Shown: one piece after another, positions 17,651 through 27,817 of the stretch
Layout: each line of letters begins with the position of its first letter
How positions within the stretch are numbered: position 1 is the first letter of the stretch
Sequence record: PZ386969.1
Strand: one strand, 5' to 3'
DNA: 64,000 bases
Origin: a phage
Program-made: the position numbers and the translations under genes
The notes under the pieces: generated by a model
What the model saw: the letters and a program-made list of their open reading frames with translations, nothing else
What the model was told of the DNA's origin: nothing
Database searches by the model: none

Positions 17651-19561
17651 ATGTCCAACAAAATTGATATTGAACGCAAGTACAAGAAGCTCACTCACGT
17701 TGAGCATATCCTACTCCGCCCAGAGCGTCATCTGGGCAGTATTCGTTCGTCTGTGGGGACGGTGTGGGTGTATGACCCAACTAAGGACAAAGTCATCTTC
17801 CGTGACAACTTTGAGTACTCCCCCGCGCTGATCAAACAGTTTGATGAAATCATCACCAACTGTGTTGACCACAGCAAGACCCCTGAGGGCAAATCCCTGA
17901 CGGAAATCACCGTCACAGTTTCCCCTATGAACGGTCAAATCATCGTTGCTGACAACGGGGGTATCCCTGTGGTCAAGCATGGCGTCACCAACGAGTGGCT
18001 TCCTGAAATGTTGTTCGGCTCTCTATATGCGGGATCGAACTTCAACGACGAAGACGAAGAGTACAACAACCAGAAGTCCGGTGGTCAGAATGGCGAAGGG
18101 GCGTCCCTCGTCAACGTGTTCTCCAAATGGTTCCGCGTCACGACTAATGACGGCAAGAAGTCTTATACTCAGACGTTTGAAGACAACATGAGCAAGAAAT
18201 CTAACCCAGTCATCAGCAACGTGAACAGTCCTGGCACATCCATCGCCTGGATCCCTGACTATGCTCGTCTGGGCGTCAAAGGACTTGACCAGAACAACCT
18301 GCTGATGATCTATCGCCGCGCGTTTGAAGTGGCTGCGTGTAACCCGCGCCTGAAGATTGTTCTCAACGGGAAGCAAATCCGGATTGACCGCTTTGGCCAC
18401 TTCGTTGATTACTTCCATGCTGGCTCGGCTGTTGACGAAACCGGGGATTGGTCTGTTGCTGTAGCCCCTTCATCCGGTACGTTCATGCACGCATCATACG
18501 TGAACTCTATTGCCACCCACATCGGTGGTCCTCACGTTGATTATGTTGCTGACCAGATCGTGGCAGCGATTCGTCCCCAGCTGGTGAAGAAGTTCAAGAC
18601 CGAACTGAAGCCAGCAATGATCAAGAACCACATGTCCTTGTTCATCGCTGCCGACATCAACAACCCGCGCTTTGACAGCCAGACCAAGGAGCGCATGACC
18701 ACTCCTGTCAGCCAGTTCGGTACGTCGTACAAGCCCAGTGATAAACTGATCCGCAAGGCGCTTGAGTTCGTTACGGCTGGTCTGAGCAAAGAACTGGCTT
18801 CCCTGCGCAATGAGCAGGATGATGCTGAGTTTGAAAAGGCCAAGAAGGACATCAGCAAGCGGGATTATCGTGAGATTGAGAAGTATTACCCGGCGACCGC
18901 CCGTGGTGACCGCAGCGGATGCTCCCTGTTGCTGACAGAGGGTGATAGTGCCTCCAATCCTATCCTGAACGCCCGCGACACCAAGAAGATCGGGTTGTTC
19001 CCGCTTCGTGGTAAGTTCATCAACTGCCTGAACGCCCCGCGCTCAAAGGTGATGAACAATGAAGAGTTCAAGAACCTGTGTACGATCCATGGCGGCGCAG
19101 TGCCAGGCCAGCCCCTTGATATCACCCGTTACCCACAGACTGTTGTGGCTACCGATGCGGACGATGACGGCATCCACATCCGTGGGTTGTTGATCACCCT
19201 GTATTGCACCTACTGGCCGGAGTATGTCCGTCAGGGCAGGCTGAAGCTCCTGCGCACCCCTTACATGCGTGTGTGGTGTGGTAAGGTGATGCATGAGTTC
19301 ATGAACAACGCCGAGTATGAGGAGTTCCTGAAGACGCCTGATGCCAAGAAGATCACGAAGAAGAAATATCTGAAAGGTCTTGGTGGTAACAGCACTGAAG
19401 ACTTCAAACGTATTCTAAACAACCTAGATGCGTATACTACGACGGTCACGCTGGACGATGGCTACCAACAGTCACTGAAGAATGGCTTCGGTGATGAGGC
19501 TGCCGATTACCGTAAAACCTGGTTTAGCGATGTTTGCCTGTTTGAAACTGAGGATGAATAA
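17651..19561 (+). CDS. DNA topoisomerase II large subunit (T4 gp39-like)
   Basis: GHKL ATPase-type N-terminus (NCVDHS, DNGGIPV) and TOPRIM-like region (LLLTEGDSA). Confidence 0.9.
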   Translation: MSNKIDIERKYKKLTHVEHILLRPERHLGSIRSSVGTVWVYDPTKDKVIFRDNFEYSPALIKQFDEIITNCVDHSKTPEGKSLTEITVTVSPMNGQIIVADNGGIPVVKHGVTNEWLPEMLFGSLYAGSNFNDEDEEYNNQKSGGQNGEGASLVNVFSKWFRVTTNDGKKSYTQTFEDNMSKKSNPVISNVNSPGTSIAWIPDYARLGVKGLDQNNLLMIYRRAFEVAACNPRLKIVLNGKQIRIDRFGHFVDYFHAGSAVDETGDWSVAVAPSSGTFMHASYVNSIATHIGGPHVDYVADQIVAAIRPQLVKKFKTELKPAMIKNHMSLFIAADINNPRFDSQTKERMTTPVSQFGTSYKPSDKLIRKALEFVTAGLSKELASLRNEQDDAEFEKAKKDISKRDYREIEKYYPATARGDRSGCSLLLTEGDSASNPILNARDTKKIGLFPLRGKFINCLNAPRSKVMNNEEFKNLCTIHGGAVPGQPLDITRYPQTVVATDADDDGIHIRGLLITLYCTYWPEYVRQGRLKLLRTPYMRVWCGKVMHEFMNNAEYEEFLKTPDAKKITKKKYLKGLGGNSTEDFKRILNNLDAYTTTVTLDDGYQQSLKNGFGDEAADYRKTWFSDVCLFETEDE

Positions 19562-19562
19562 G

Positions 19563-20894
19563 ATGGTTGCTAAGAGCATTACTGTAACGGACTTTGTCAA
19601 CACTGACCATAAGCAGTTTTCTGTGGTCAACAGCATCCGTCAAATCCCTCAGCTGATCGACAGCCTCAAGCCAAGCCAGCGCAAGATCCTTTTCGCTGCT
19701 CTTGAGTACAACAAGGAGGAGATTGTTGACCGCCTTGGTATGTTCGCCGCCGCTCGCACCAACTACAAGTCTGGTGGTGAGAACATGAGCGGCACTATCG
19801 TGAACATGGCTCAGGGGTTCCCAGGCACGAACAACATCCCGTACTTTGACCGCGATGGCCAGTTTGGTTCTATCATGGGGCGTGATGCTTCATCTGCCCG
19901 ATACATATCCGTCGCTGTATCTGACGTTATCCGCAAGATCTTCCGCAAGGAGGATGAGGGTATTTTGGAATACAACTACCTTGGTGAAGAAAGACTGGAG
20001 CCGAAGTTCTTTCTGCCCATCCTACCCATGTTCCTGGTGAATGGGATCAATGGTATCGGCACCGGATATTCCACCGACACCCCGTGTCATTGCGTTAAGT
20101 CCGTGCTGAATGCCCTGAGAGCGCTTCTCCGTGGCGAAGACCCGAAAGACTTAAAACCGTACTGGAACGGCTTCAAAGGAGAGACAGGCTATACTGAGGA
20201 AGGAAGAGCATACAGTCGCGGCATCTTCCGTCGCGTCAATGCCACGACCCTGCATATCACCGAAGTCCCAGTGGGTTGGTTTGCCAAGACCTATGAGACC
20301 AAGGTGTTGCTGCCTCTGTACAAGGCAGGTATCCTCACCGAGTACGCCAACGACACGACGGAAGATGGCTGGGATATCACGGTTGTGTTTAAGCGCGGCG
20401 AACTGTCCAAGCTGGATGATAATCAGGTTGAGCAGATGTTCAAGTTGTATTCAGCCAACAAGCCTGTTTGGACGGCCTGGGATGAAGACGGGGTCATTCA
20501 TCGTTATTCTGGTTGGCGGGATATGCTGCTGCCGTTCTTCAATTATCGCCTGTCACGGTATGAAGACCGTCGCCAGTATCTGTTGAAGGACATGGCAGAC
20601 AGGATCCGCAAGCTGGGTGACCGGGCGGTGTTCATTGAATGGGCGACGCGTGTTGATCTCCGCCAAAAGATTGACGTGCTGAAGTCTCTGTTCATGCAGG
20701 ACTACCCGGACTTTGGTGGTGATCTTGACGAGTTGTTCAAGATGCCTCTGTCGTCTATTACTCTGGATGCCCGTGAGCGCCTACTCAAGCAGATTGAGAA
20801 CCTTGAAGCACAGCACAAGGAATTAAGTAAGAAAGAGGACATCGATCTTTACACTGAAGACCTTGATGACCTTGAAAAGGCTCTTGGCCTATAA
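19563..20894 (+). CDS. DNA topoisomerase II medium subunit (T4 gp52-like)
   Basis: Follows the large subunit; start re-set to ATG 19563 after its stop; topo IIA breakage-reunion-like region. Confidence 0.8.
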   Translation: MVAKSITVTDFVNTDHKQFSVVNSIRQIPQLIDSLKPSQRKILFAALEYNKEEIVDRLGMFAAARTNYKSGGENMSGTIVNMAQGFPGTNNIPYFDRDGQFGSIMGRDASSARYISVAVSDVIRKIFRKEDEGILEYNYLGEERLEPKFFLPILPMFLVNGINGIGTGYSTDTPCHCVKSVLNALRALLRGEDPKDLKPYWNGFKGETGYTEEGRAYSRGIFRRVNATTLHITEVPVGWFAKTYETKVLLPLYKAGILTEYANDTTEDGWDITVVFKRGELSKLDDNQVEQMFKLYSANKPVWTAWDEDGVIHRYSGWRDMLLPFFNYRLSRYEDRRQYLLKDMADRIRKLGDRAVFIEWATRVDLRQKIDVLKSLFMQDYPDFGGDLDELFKMPLSSITLDARERLLKQIENLEAQHKELSKKEDIDLYTEDLDDLEKALGL

Positions 20895-20935
20895 CATCGG
20901 AGGGGTTCGCCCCTCCTCACCTGGAGGGTTGTGCT

Positions 20936-21223
20936 ATGTTCTATCTCCGTTCTGCAGCACCTGTGGTATTCATCATTATCCTATTTGATTTCTTGGTTCC
21001 TCGCTTTATCAAAGAAGAGGTAGCGTTTGGTCTCTATGGTGAGACGGAAGACCCAGAGGTCGATGAATATTACCCAATGTGCGCCCTGAAAGATATCGAG
21101 GAAGGGGAAGATGTTGCAATGGTCGGCACTATGCGTTCTTTCAACCTGTTCGGGCTTGCACTCTTTCCGAAACTGGTTGGTGAACTGCGCCCCTACGATC
21201 CTGAAGCCACTGTAGATGGTTGA
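20936..21223 (+). CDS. Hypothetical protein
   Basis: ORF with N-terminal hydrophobic segment. Confidence 0.4.
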   Translation: MFYLRSAAPVVFIIILFDFLVPRFIKEEVAFGLYGETEDPEVDEYYPMCALKDIEEGEDVAMVGTMRSFNLFGLALFPKLVGELRPYDPEATVDG

Positions 21224-21258
21224 TCATAACATAGCTTCTGAGCCCTAAACTTCTGTCT

Positions 21259-21480
21259 ATGGATGATTCCTTGTATTTTCATTGTCCTAGGTGTGATATG
21301 CTTCATCTATATCACATTAAGGGCGAAACCCAAGGTCCGATGTGGTCGTGGAACAACAATGTTATTGAGCCTACGTTCACACCGAGCCTGCTGGTGAATG
21401 CATCTGATCCAGCATCACGTTGCCATCTGTTCCTGACCGACGGCAAATACAATTCCTCGGCGACTGTTTCCACGATCTGA
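21259..21480 (+). CDS. Hypothetical protein
   Basis: ORF only. Confidence 0.3.
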   Translation: MDDSLYFHCPRCDMLHLYHIKGETQGPMWSWNNNVIEPTFTPSLLVNASDPASRCHLFLTDGKYNSSATVSTI

Positions 21481-21539
21481 AGAACCAGACAGTGGGTATG
21501 GTCGACATCCATGAACCTGAAATTTGGATTGAATAGATT

Positions 21540-21950
21540 ATGAAATTACTGGGATATTTTCGTGAACTCCCAACGGGAACTGAAGGCAAGTTGTTCTCAC
21601 AGGTGAAGGGGGATGACATCGGCGATACGATGATTCCATTGTACACTCGTGAACTTCCTGCCGAAGGTGCCTGGGAGCGCCGTGTGGTCGCTGCCGCCAA
21701 CAAATATGGTGACGTGATTGTCGTTGCTGACCGTCACCACAGCCGATTCATGAACAGCCAGCTCAAGATCCTGAAAGAAGCAGGCGTCATTAAATCCACC
21801 CATACCCGCGAACAGGGCTTCATCGACAACCAGGGCAACTTCCTCACTCGTGAAGAGGCGTGCATCGTAGCCCGTGAAGCTGGACAGATTAATCAGGTGC
21901 GCCTGAAGACAACCCCTTTCCGAGAACTCTTTTCCGAAGACCTCTATTGA
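21540..21950 (+). CDS. Hypothetical protein
   Basis: ORF followed by hairpin GGCGGTA/TACCGCC. Confidence 0.45.
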   Translation: MKLLGYFRELPTGTEGKLFSQVKGDDIGDTMIPLYTRELPAEGAWERRVVAAANKYGDVIVVADRHHSRFMNSQLKILKEAGVIKSTHTREQGFIDNQGNFLTREEACIVAREAGQINQVRLKTTPFRELFSEDLY

Positions 21951-22000
21951 AGAAAAAGGCGGTATTATTACCGCCTCGACCTCTTGTTTGGTAACATCAA

Positions 22001-22243
22001 ATGAGCCCAGAATTTGAAAACCTGTTCGAGCGATGCTTCGAACCAGGTTCTGTGTCCGGTTACATGGACCGCCTTTGCACTGCCATTGTAATACGCCTTG
22101 CTGCCAAGGGTATCGTTGTCAACACCATTATCCGCAATGGGAACAACTTTATCATGCAGATGACTGATTATCACCACCGCACAGGCATCATCCAGGTGTC
22201 ATGTGTTGACAACAGCATTATTGAATGGAGACAGTACGCATGA
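22001..22243 (+). CDS. Hypothetical protein
   Basis: ORF; ATGA overlap with next gene. Confidence 0.4.
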   Translation: MSPEFENLFERCFEPGSVSGYMDRLCTAIVIRLAAKGIVVNTIIRNGNNFIMQMTDYHHRTGIIQVSCVDNSIIEWRQYA

Positions 22244-22839
22244 CAACTTATGTAATCAATGGCGGCGATCTACTGAAAGCCGCCTGTAGCTTCAATCTGA
22301 TCGACATCTTTGCCCACGGTGCCAACTGTTGGTCTACCATGGGCGCGGGTATTGCCCTGCACATCGGCAACAACTTCCCAGCGCTGCGCGAAGTCGATGC
22401 GAACGACCCTCGTGGTCCAGAGCAACGCCTGGGTGGCATGTCCTATGCATTTGACCACAGCACTGGTGTCTGGGGTGCGAACCTCTACACTCAGTTTTAT
22501 CCAGGTCCGAACGCTCGCATGCCGTCTGTCATCAGTTCTGTTCAGATGTTATTCGAGCAGGTTCACGAAATTGTGGAAGCAACTAAAGACGAAACTGTCT
22601 ATGTCGGCCTGCCTGCTATCGGCTGTGGTATTGGTGGCCTGAACCTCTACAGTGTAGTGCGCCATATCAATCGAATCTCTGAAAGCGTGTATGAAGAGAC
22701 CCGCCGTCGTGTCGTCCCAGTCTTCTATATCAGGGAAGGAGACGGATTCGATGATGATCTGATGGAACTTTCTCATCTGGGCACAGAAGGTATCATGATT
22801 GTCGAAGATGAGCAAGAAATCATCGACGAGGAGGGGTGA
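22240..22839 (+). CDS. Macro domain protein (ADP-ribose binding / hydrolase family)
   Basis: Macro-like motifs GDLLKAA..DIFAHGANCWSTMGAGIA and GLPAIGCGIGGL. Confidence 0.6.
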   Translation: MTTYVINGGDLLKAACSFNLIDIFAHGANCWSTMGAGIALHIGNNFPALREVDANDPRGPEQRLGGMSYAFDHSTGVWGANLYTQFYPGPNARMPSVISSVQMLFEQVHEIVEATKDETVYVGLPAIGCGIGGLNLYSVVRHINRISESVYEETRRRVVPVFYIREGDGFDDDLMELSHLGTEGIMIVEDEQEIIDEEG

Positions 22840-22842
22840 ATA

Positions 22843-23094
22843 ATGATATGTGCGTTTGATCAAGAATTTTATAAAAAGGTCAATATTCTAAAACTTGTCA
22901 TGTCTGGAACTAGTTCGAAAGAAGTATCAGAAATTTATTGTATTTCACAGGCCAGGGTGAGCCAGATTTTGAGGGAAACTATAGGGTTACTTTGCCCAGA
23001 GATAGAAATTAAGCGCGTCAACAAAAAGTTCATTGATGAAAATTATTATACAGTAAAAGCCAAAATAAAGTGTTGGGAGAATAAACATGTATAA
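22843..23094 (+). CDS. Small helix-turn-helix protein
   Basis: HTH-like segment SSKEVSEIYCISQARVSQILRE; sits in a locally AT-rich stretch. Confidence 0.4.
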   Translation: MICAFDQEFYKKVNILKLVMSGTSSKEVSEIYCISQARVSQILRETIGLLCPEIEIKRVNKKFIDENYYTVKAKIKCWENKHV

Positions 23095-23719
23095 ATCAAA
23101 TTTTTTGGCTGTGGCCGACAGTGAAACCTTGGGGCGCTGGGATGATGCAGTCATGCTGTCTTGGGCGCACACCATCGCCGACCTGACCAAGCGTTATACT
23201 CTTCAGCAGCTGGTTGAGGAGCGCACGACGTTCATTAAGCTGAATGTCAAAGAGCAGCTCGAACTTGGTCGCGTGAAGGACACTGGGACAGTTGAATGGT
23301 GGCTGGGCACGGGCAAGCGCAACCCGTGTGATGCGGCTCGCGCCGTCAGTCTGTACCCGACCGAGCAGGACATCTCTATCTTCCAGCTGGCCGATGAAAT
23401 CCGCAAAGGTTGTCATCGTCTTGGGGTAGACCCGCGCTCGGTTGACTGGTGTGACCGTAACTTGTTCGATCTGCGCAAGGCTCAGCACATCATTGAGGTG
23501 ACATGTAAGCAGGACTCCAACGAGCCTTGGGACTACCACCACACCTTCGACATCGTGAGTTGGCTGAAGGGTGTTGGACAGCAGGATCGGTATGCTGGTA
23601 TCAAGGCGTGGGAACTGGAAGGTATGGTCTATCATGACCCTCGTTATGACGCTGCGCTTGACTGGCTGCGTATTCAGAAGACCATGGAAGATCTGATGGG
23701 TCTGGAGGTTGTGGGATGA
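23087..23719 (+). CDS. DEDD-family 3'-5' exonuclease (DexA-like)
   Basis: Exo I-like ADSET motif near N-terminus and YHDPRYDA (Exo III-like) near C-terminus. Confidence 0.5.
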   Translation: MYKSNFLAVADSETLGRWDDAVMLSWAHTIADLTKRYTLQQLVEERTTFIKLNVKEQLELGRVKDTGTVEWWLGTGKRNPCDAARAVSLYPTEQDISIFQLADEIRKGCHRLGVDPRSVDWCDRNLFDLRKAQHIIEVTCKQDSNEPWDYHHTFDIVSWLKGVGQQDRYAGIKAWELEGMVYHDPRYDAALDWLRIQKTMEDLMGLEVVG

Positions 23720-24018
23720 TTGTATTCACTGTCATCGGTGTGATCGTAACAGCTGGGGTATTCACAGCCATATTGGGCTACCTGTACTTCATGTTCCTTC
23801 ATCCGTTATTTCAGGCGTTCAGTCTCACGAATTGGTACTTGGCCTGCCTAAAGGCCGACGGCGGCGTGAACACGGCCTCTCTTCCTTACTGGCGGCTGGT
23901 GGCGCATTACTACTCGGTCGGTGGCTGGCCTGGGGAAAGGACATGGAACTCTATCGGTGAGTGGTATGGAATAGGTCGATGGCGTATATTCCCTGATGAA
24001 GACGATCAAGCCCCGTGA
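23716..24018 (+). CDS. Membrane protein
   Basis: N-terminal TM helix. Confidence 0.45.
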   Translation: MIVFTVIGVIVTAGVFTAILGYLYFMFLHPLFQAFSLTNWYLACLKADGGVNTASLPYWRLVAHYYSVGGWPGERTWNSIGEWYGIGRWRIFPDEDDQAP

Positions 24019-24029
24019 GGGGCTTTTCT
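24008..24029 (+). terminator. Rho-independent terminator
   Basis: Stem AAGCCCC/GGGGCTT loop GTGA followed by TTC; overlaps the stop codon of the preceding gene. Confidence 0.5.
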
Positions 24030-24082
24030 ATATCCGGGATAGAGTATCATTGGTTCACCAACGAATCCTCGGGAGAGGCGAT

Positions 24083-24424
24083 ATGAAACGTTCGGTTGTT
24101 GTAAATGACATCACGAGATTGATAAACCTTGTCAAAGATGTGTTTCCACAACAGGTGGATGTCGAGTACGTGGGGAAGAACGGGAAGTGTTACCAGGTCG
24201 CTCTGTTGTTGAAGCACGTGTACCCTCAAGCAGAGATCCATTACAGTCAGACCGAAGGTCATGTGTATACTCTGATTGATGGGCATTACTACGACATCGA
24301 AGGCATCCACTTCAGTGTCCCACCGGATACGTGTTTGCTCGAACACAACAGAGGCCATAAACCCCATCGCTGGCATAAAGGGTTTGTGAACGTACCGATT
24401 TTAGAATGGTTGAGGAGACCATAA
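24083..24424 (+). CDS. Hypothetical protein
   Basis: ATG 24083 preceded by GGGAGAGG; in frame with track ORF 23996. Confidence 0.4.
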   Translation: MKRSVVVNDITRLINLVKDVFPQQVDVEYVGKNGKCYQVALLLKHVYPQAEIHYSQTEGHVYTLIDGHYYDIEGIHFSVPPDTCLLEHNRGHKPHRWHKGFVNVPILEWLRRP

Positions 24425-24984
24425 TGGCAGGAATTGTAAAGTATCTGGGCGACACTCACCTCGGACACAAGAAGATCTTCAAGCCCCGTGGGTTCGACAC
24501 GCAGGAAGCCCACGACGCTGTGGTCATCGACAGTATCTTTCAGGGGCTGAAGTCTCGAGACGTCCTTGAACTTGCAGGCGACATCTGCTTCATCGGGGCT
24601 GAGGGGTTCATTCGCCTGATGCGCGAGGGTGCCAAGCGGAATATTGATGAGTTCAAGCGCCGCCCCGTCCCTGATGACTGGCGTCCGAACTTTATCATCA
24701 GGGTGGCGCAAGGCAACCATGACAGATTCAAGATGTTGATTCAGCTGTATCAAGAGGGATGGATTAGCTCCTTTGGTGCGATGTATGAGCGTGATACTCC
24801 GGTTGGTCGTGTACTGACCACTCACGTTCCTTATCAATTAGACCGCTGGGCGTATAATATCCATGGCCATCTTCACGAAAATATTCGCGAAGAGCGCGAA
24901 TACCTGAACTGCAGCTGGGAACAATTCAAGCGTCCTGTAACCCTGTCTGAGTTGTTATACACCAATCTGGGGATTGAAATATGA
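24424..24984 (+). CDS. Metallophosphoesterase (calcineurin-like)
   Basis: GDTHLGH, GNHD and GHLHE motifs; ATG 24424 overlaps previous stop. Confidence 0.55.
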   Translation: MAGIVKYLGDTHLGHKKIFKPRGFDTQEAHDAVVIDSIFQGLKSRDVLELAGDICFIGAEGFIRLMREGAKRNIDEFKRRPVPDDWRPNFIIRVAQGNHDRFKMLIQLYQEGWISSFGAMYERDTPVGRVLTTHVPYQLDRWAYNIHGHLHENIREEREYLNCSWEQFKRPVTLSELLYTNLGIEI

Positions 24985-25298
24985 AAATTTATTTTCCTGG
25001 CCAAAAAGTGCCTTCTGAAGTGCAGAAGGTCACAATCACAGGCTACCGGAAAGGGGATCCGTATCTGCGCTTCTCCTCTCCATGTATCGTGAAGCGAACT
25101 AAAACGGGTTATTATATCAGGCCGATTGTGTTGATGGGCTGTGTAACGACGTTCAGAGCTTCCTGTGAACACGTTCTTATACAAGGAAGTCCGAACATCG
25201 AAGGTGGAGAAACCCACATGAACTGCAAGCCGATTATCCCGACATGGTTGATTATTGGTGTGCTTTCCGTTTTAGCTCTGAAAGGAGTATTTTCATGA
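24981..25298 (+). CDS. Hypothetical protein with C-terminal TM helix
   Basis: ORF; ATGA overlap. Confidence 0.4.
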   Translation: MKIYFPGQKVPSEVQKVTITGYRKGDPYLRFSSPCIVKRTKTGYYIRPIVLMGCVTTFRASCEHVLIQGSPNIEGGETHMNCKPIIPTWLIIGVLSVLALKGVFS

Positions 25299-25624
25299 AA
25301 AAGCCGCGCATCACAGGACATCAACTCTGCGTCCTTTTAGGAATGTTGAACTTTGAGAAAGGTCATTGCCGTTATGGTGAATGGTACTTTCATCCCAAAT
25401 CCTGGACCAATGACAAGGGCAACACCGTCTGGACGTTCCAGGTATGCCCGAACGCTGGTGGTTTCACCTCCGTCAAAGGCAACCCCCGCACTGGGGCTTC
25501 CCTGCTCGCCAAGGGGTTGATCGAACCAGCTGGCTCAATGGTTCATGACGGTTCTTACGTGAACTGGCCGAACGCTGAGGTGACGTTCTATCGCCTGACC
25601 GAACTCGGTAAATCTTACCTCTGA
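25295..25624 (+). CDS. Hypothetical protein
   Basis: ATG 25295 preceded by AAAGGAG; in frame with track ORF 25244. Confidence 0.4.
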   Translation: MKKPRITGHQLCVLLGMLNFEKGHCRYGEWYFHPKSWTNDKGNTVWTFQVCPNAGGFTSVKGNPRTGASLLAKGLIEPAGSMVHDGSYVNWPNAEVTFYRLTELGKSYL

Positions 25625-25680
25625 ATAAAGATTCAGCGGTTATTGAAGAAGGGGGAGTATATACTTCCCTTCGTTTATTA
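25621..25680 (+). terminator. Terminator region with two hairpins
   Basis: CTGAAT/ATTCAG hairpin and G-rich hairpin GAAGGGGGAG..CTTCCCTTC followed by GTTTATT. Confidence 0.45.
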
Positions 25681-25693
25681 AGAGGAACCGGAA

Positions 25694-26008
25694 ATGACCC
25701 CATTAAAAGAAATGTATGAGCGCCTGGCTGAACTGCAGGCGAAGGAAAAGCGCTTCTCAGAAGAAGAGTCTGAAATCTCCGAGCTGAACAACCTGATTGC
25801 CACTCGCGAGAAGTACCTGCAGCGCTACATTAATCACCCGCCGCGCATGGTAGACCGCGTCAGCACTATCATGGACCTGGATGAAGTTACTCCTGGTAAA
25901 GAAATCATTGTCAGGGAAGTCCACCAGATGGTCGCCATGGGTCAGATCTTTGGTCGTGCAGACCAAGACGACATGATCTTCCTCCTTGAAAAGAAACTGG
26001 TGATGTGA
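25694..26008 (+). CDS. Hypothetical protein
   Basis: RBS AAGAGGAA; ATGA overlap with dCMP deaminase. Confidence 0.45.
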   Translation: MTPLKEMYERLAELQAKEKRFSEEESEISELNNLIATREKYLQRYINHPPRMVDRVSTIMDLDEVTPGKEIIVREVHQMVAMGQIFGRADQDDMIFLLEKKLVM

Positions 26009-26514
26009 TGGCTATCAAACCCCGTATGTTATTTGCGCATATGCGCTCGGCTCATGCATACGCCCTGTCCAGCTATGCCCAGCGCCTGAAGGTCGGCTGT
26101 GTTATCGTTGACCCGCGTGTTGACCAGCCCCTGTCTATCGGTTGGAACGGGACTGCTCCTGGCGCTCCTAATGTCTGTGAGAAGGAAGTAGACGGTCAAC
26201 TGGTATCGGTGGGTGTTATCCACGCCGAGGAGAATGCTCTGAGCAAACTCCCCCAGCACACCGAAGACTGTTGTGGCCTGGTGATGTTTGTCACTCATAG
26301 CCCATGCCCAGAGTGCACCCGTCGTATTATCGACAGTGGCAAGATCGCTAAAGTGTTCTATGACCGACCATATCGTATCATAGACGGCATTATTGAAATG
26401 CTGAATGCTGGGATTGAAGTATATCGCATGGTCGATCAGTTTGTTGTAGTCCAGCATTCTGTGAAGAACGGCGAACTGGTATCCACCCCTGTTTTAGTGA
26501 ACCCTGACAAATAA
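26005..26514 (+). CDS. dCMP deaminase
   Basis: Zinc-binding cytidine/deoxycytidylate deaminase motifs HAEENAL and PCPECTRRI. Confidence 0.8.
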   Translation: MMAIKPRMLFAHMRSAHAYALSSYAQRLKVGCVIVDPRVDQPLSIGWNGTAPGAPNVCEKEVDGQLVSVGVIHAEENALSKLPQHTEDCCGLVMFVTHSPCPECTRRIIDSGKIAKVFYDRPYRIIDGIIEMLNAGIEVYRMVDQFVVVQHSVKNGELVSTPVLVNPDK

Positions 26515-26524
26515 GGAATTTATC

Positions 26525-26932
26525 ATGCGTTATGTAGATCGTATGCTCGGCAAAGACGAGCACGTTATTGCCTTCACCCGCCCGACTTGGTGGAGCGGTT
26601 TTTGGATTTATGTTCTGGTTATTTTAACGTTTATCCCAACATTTGGATTCAGCTTGTTATTTCTGATACCAACAATTTTAAATGTATTGACAACTGAATT
26701 CGCTGTGACTAATAAGCGTGTCATCGTCAAACGTGGTTTCATCCGTCGTGATGCTGATGAGTTGCGCATCGGTAAGGTGGAGACAGTGAAGGTTGATCAG
26801 TCCATCACAGGCCGTATCTTGGGCTTCTCAACAATCAGCGTGATCGGTACGGGCGGCACCCACCTGCTGGCCAAGGGTTGTGCTGGTGGTAATGCGTTCC
26901 GTCAGAAGATCTACGATCACCTAGAAGACTGA
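26525..26932 (+). CDS. Membrane protein with bacterial PH-like domain
   Basis: Two TM helices followed by a PH-like beta-rich segment. Confidence 0.4.
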   Translation: MRYVDRMLGKDEHVIAFTRPTWWSGFWIYVLVILTFIPTFGFSLLFLIPTILNVLTTEFAVTNKRVIVKRGFIRRDADELRIGKVETVKVDQSITGRILGFSTISVIGTGGTHLLAKGCAGGNAFRQKIYDHLED

Positions 26933-26934
26933 TT

Positions 26935-27147
26935 ATGATCATTTCAGGTTACACCATCGATCTTTATTGTGAATGCTCAGATTGCAAGGCATGCAGTTGG
27001 GCTTGGGAAGAGCATCACCCCAAGTGCGGGTTCAAACAATACACTGGTGAGACTTGGGGTGATTGTGTCAAACAGGCGCGAGCAGACGGCTGGCAAATCG
27101 GGCGCGACAGGCATACCTGCTACGCCCCTGGCCACAAAAGAAGTTAA
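26935..27147 (+). CDS. Small Cys-rich protein
   Basis: CxCxxC and further Cys/His pairs. Confidence 0.4.
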   Translation: MIISGYTIDLYCECSDCKACSWAWEEHHPKCGFKQYTGETWGDCVKQARADGWQIGRDRHTCYAPGHKRS

Positions 27148-27152
27148 GGTAG

Positions 27153-27767
27153 TTAAGGTAATAGAAGTCCATCATCCCGCTCCGTTGGGGCGGGTTTAAT
27201 CTCCTTCCGCATCTGTTCCTTCAGCACCCTGACACGTTCGGCATGTCGGCGATCTTGCATCTCCATATCCCGTTTCTTTTTCGACTTCAGCTCAAACTGT
27301 TTACGAACATCCGGATCTTCACCTGGAACAAGATGCTCTTCGGTCCAGATAATGAACTTCCAGTTCTTCTTGGCACACAGTTCGCGGGTGGCCTCCCACT
27401 TGGCAGAATTGACCAACCAGGTTCGCATCGCATTGTTGAATGTCGACTCCTTCATGTTCGGAGTCTTCTTCGGCTGCTTGATCTGGTCTTTGGGCTTGAT
27501 CTCAATGAGGGTGACCTGTAGTTCCTCTTGCCCTTCACGGCGCGTCCAGACCTTGAGGTCCATGAAGTAACGATGGGTGCGCCCGTCGACTGGGGAAATG
27601 TAAGGGATTACGGTCTCCTCACTAGACCACTTCACTATCGCGGAGTTCATATCACAGAACTTGAAAGCCACCAACTCCAGCGAAGAGCGGAAGATGATGT
27701 TATTCACATTCCCCTGATACTTCTTGGGATTAACCGGGGTGTACTTCCCCTGAAGATAGTTGCTCAT
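27153..27767 (-). CDS. Head completion protein (T4 gp4-like)
   Basis: Pattern YRSSLEL..VIPYISPVDGRTHRYF..IEIKP..KWEA matches remembered T4 gp4; divergent from the following late genes as in T4. Confidence 0.55.
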   Translation of the reverse strand: MSNYLQGKYTPVNPKKYQGNVNNIIFRSSLELVAFKFCDMNSAIVKWSSEETVIPYISPVDGRTHRYFMDLKVWTRREGQEELQVTLIEIKPKDQIKQPKKTPNMKESTFNNAMRTWLVNSAKWEATRELCAKKNWKFIIWTEEHLVPGEDPDVRKQFELKSKKKRDMEMQDRRHAERVRVLKEQMRKEIKPAPTERDDGLLLP

Positions 27768-27817
27768 AATCTAGTCCTAAATAGCCATAACACTCTATCT
27801 ATTTAAGGGCTGAGACC

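Noticed and set aside
21953-21978. Hairpin GGCGGTA/TACCGCC as a + strand terminator
   Set aside because: Downstream flank is not T-rich on the + strand; the A-tract lies upstream, so it may act only for antisense transcription or be a structural element
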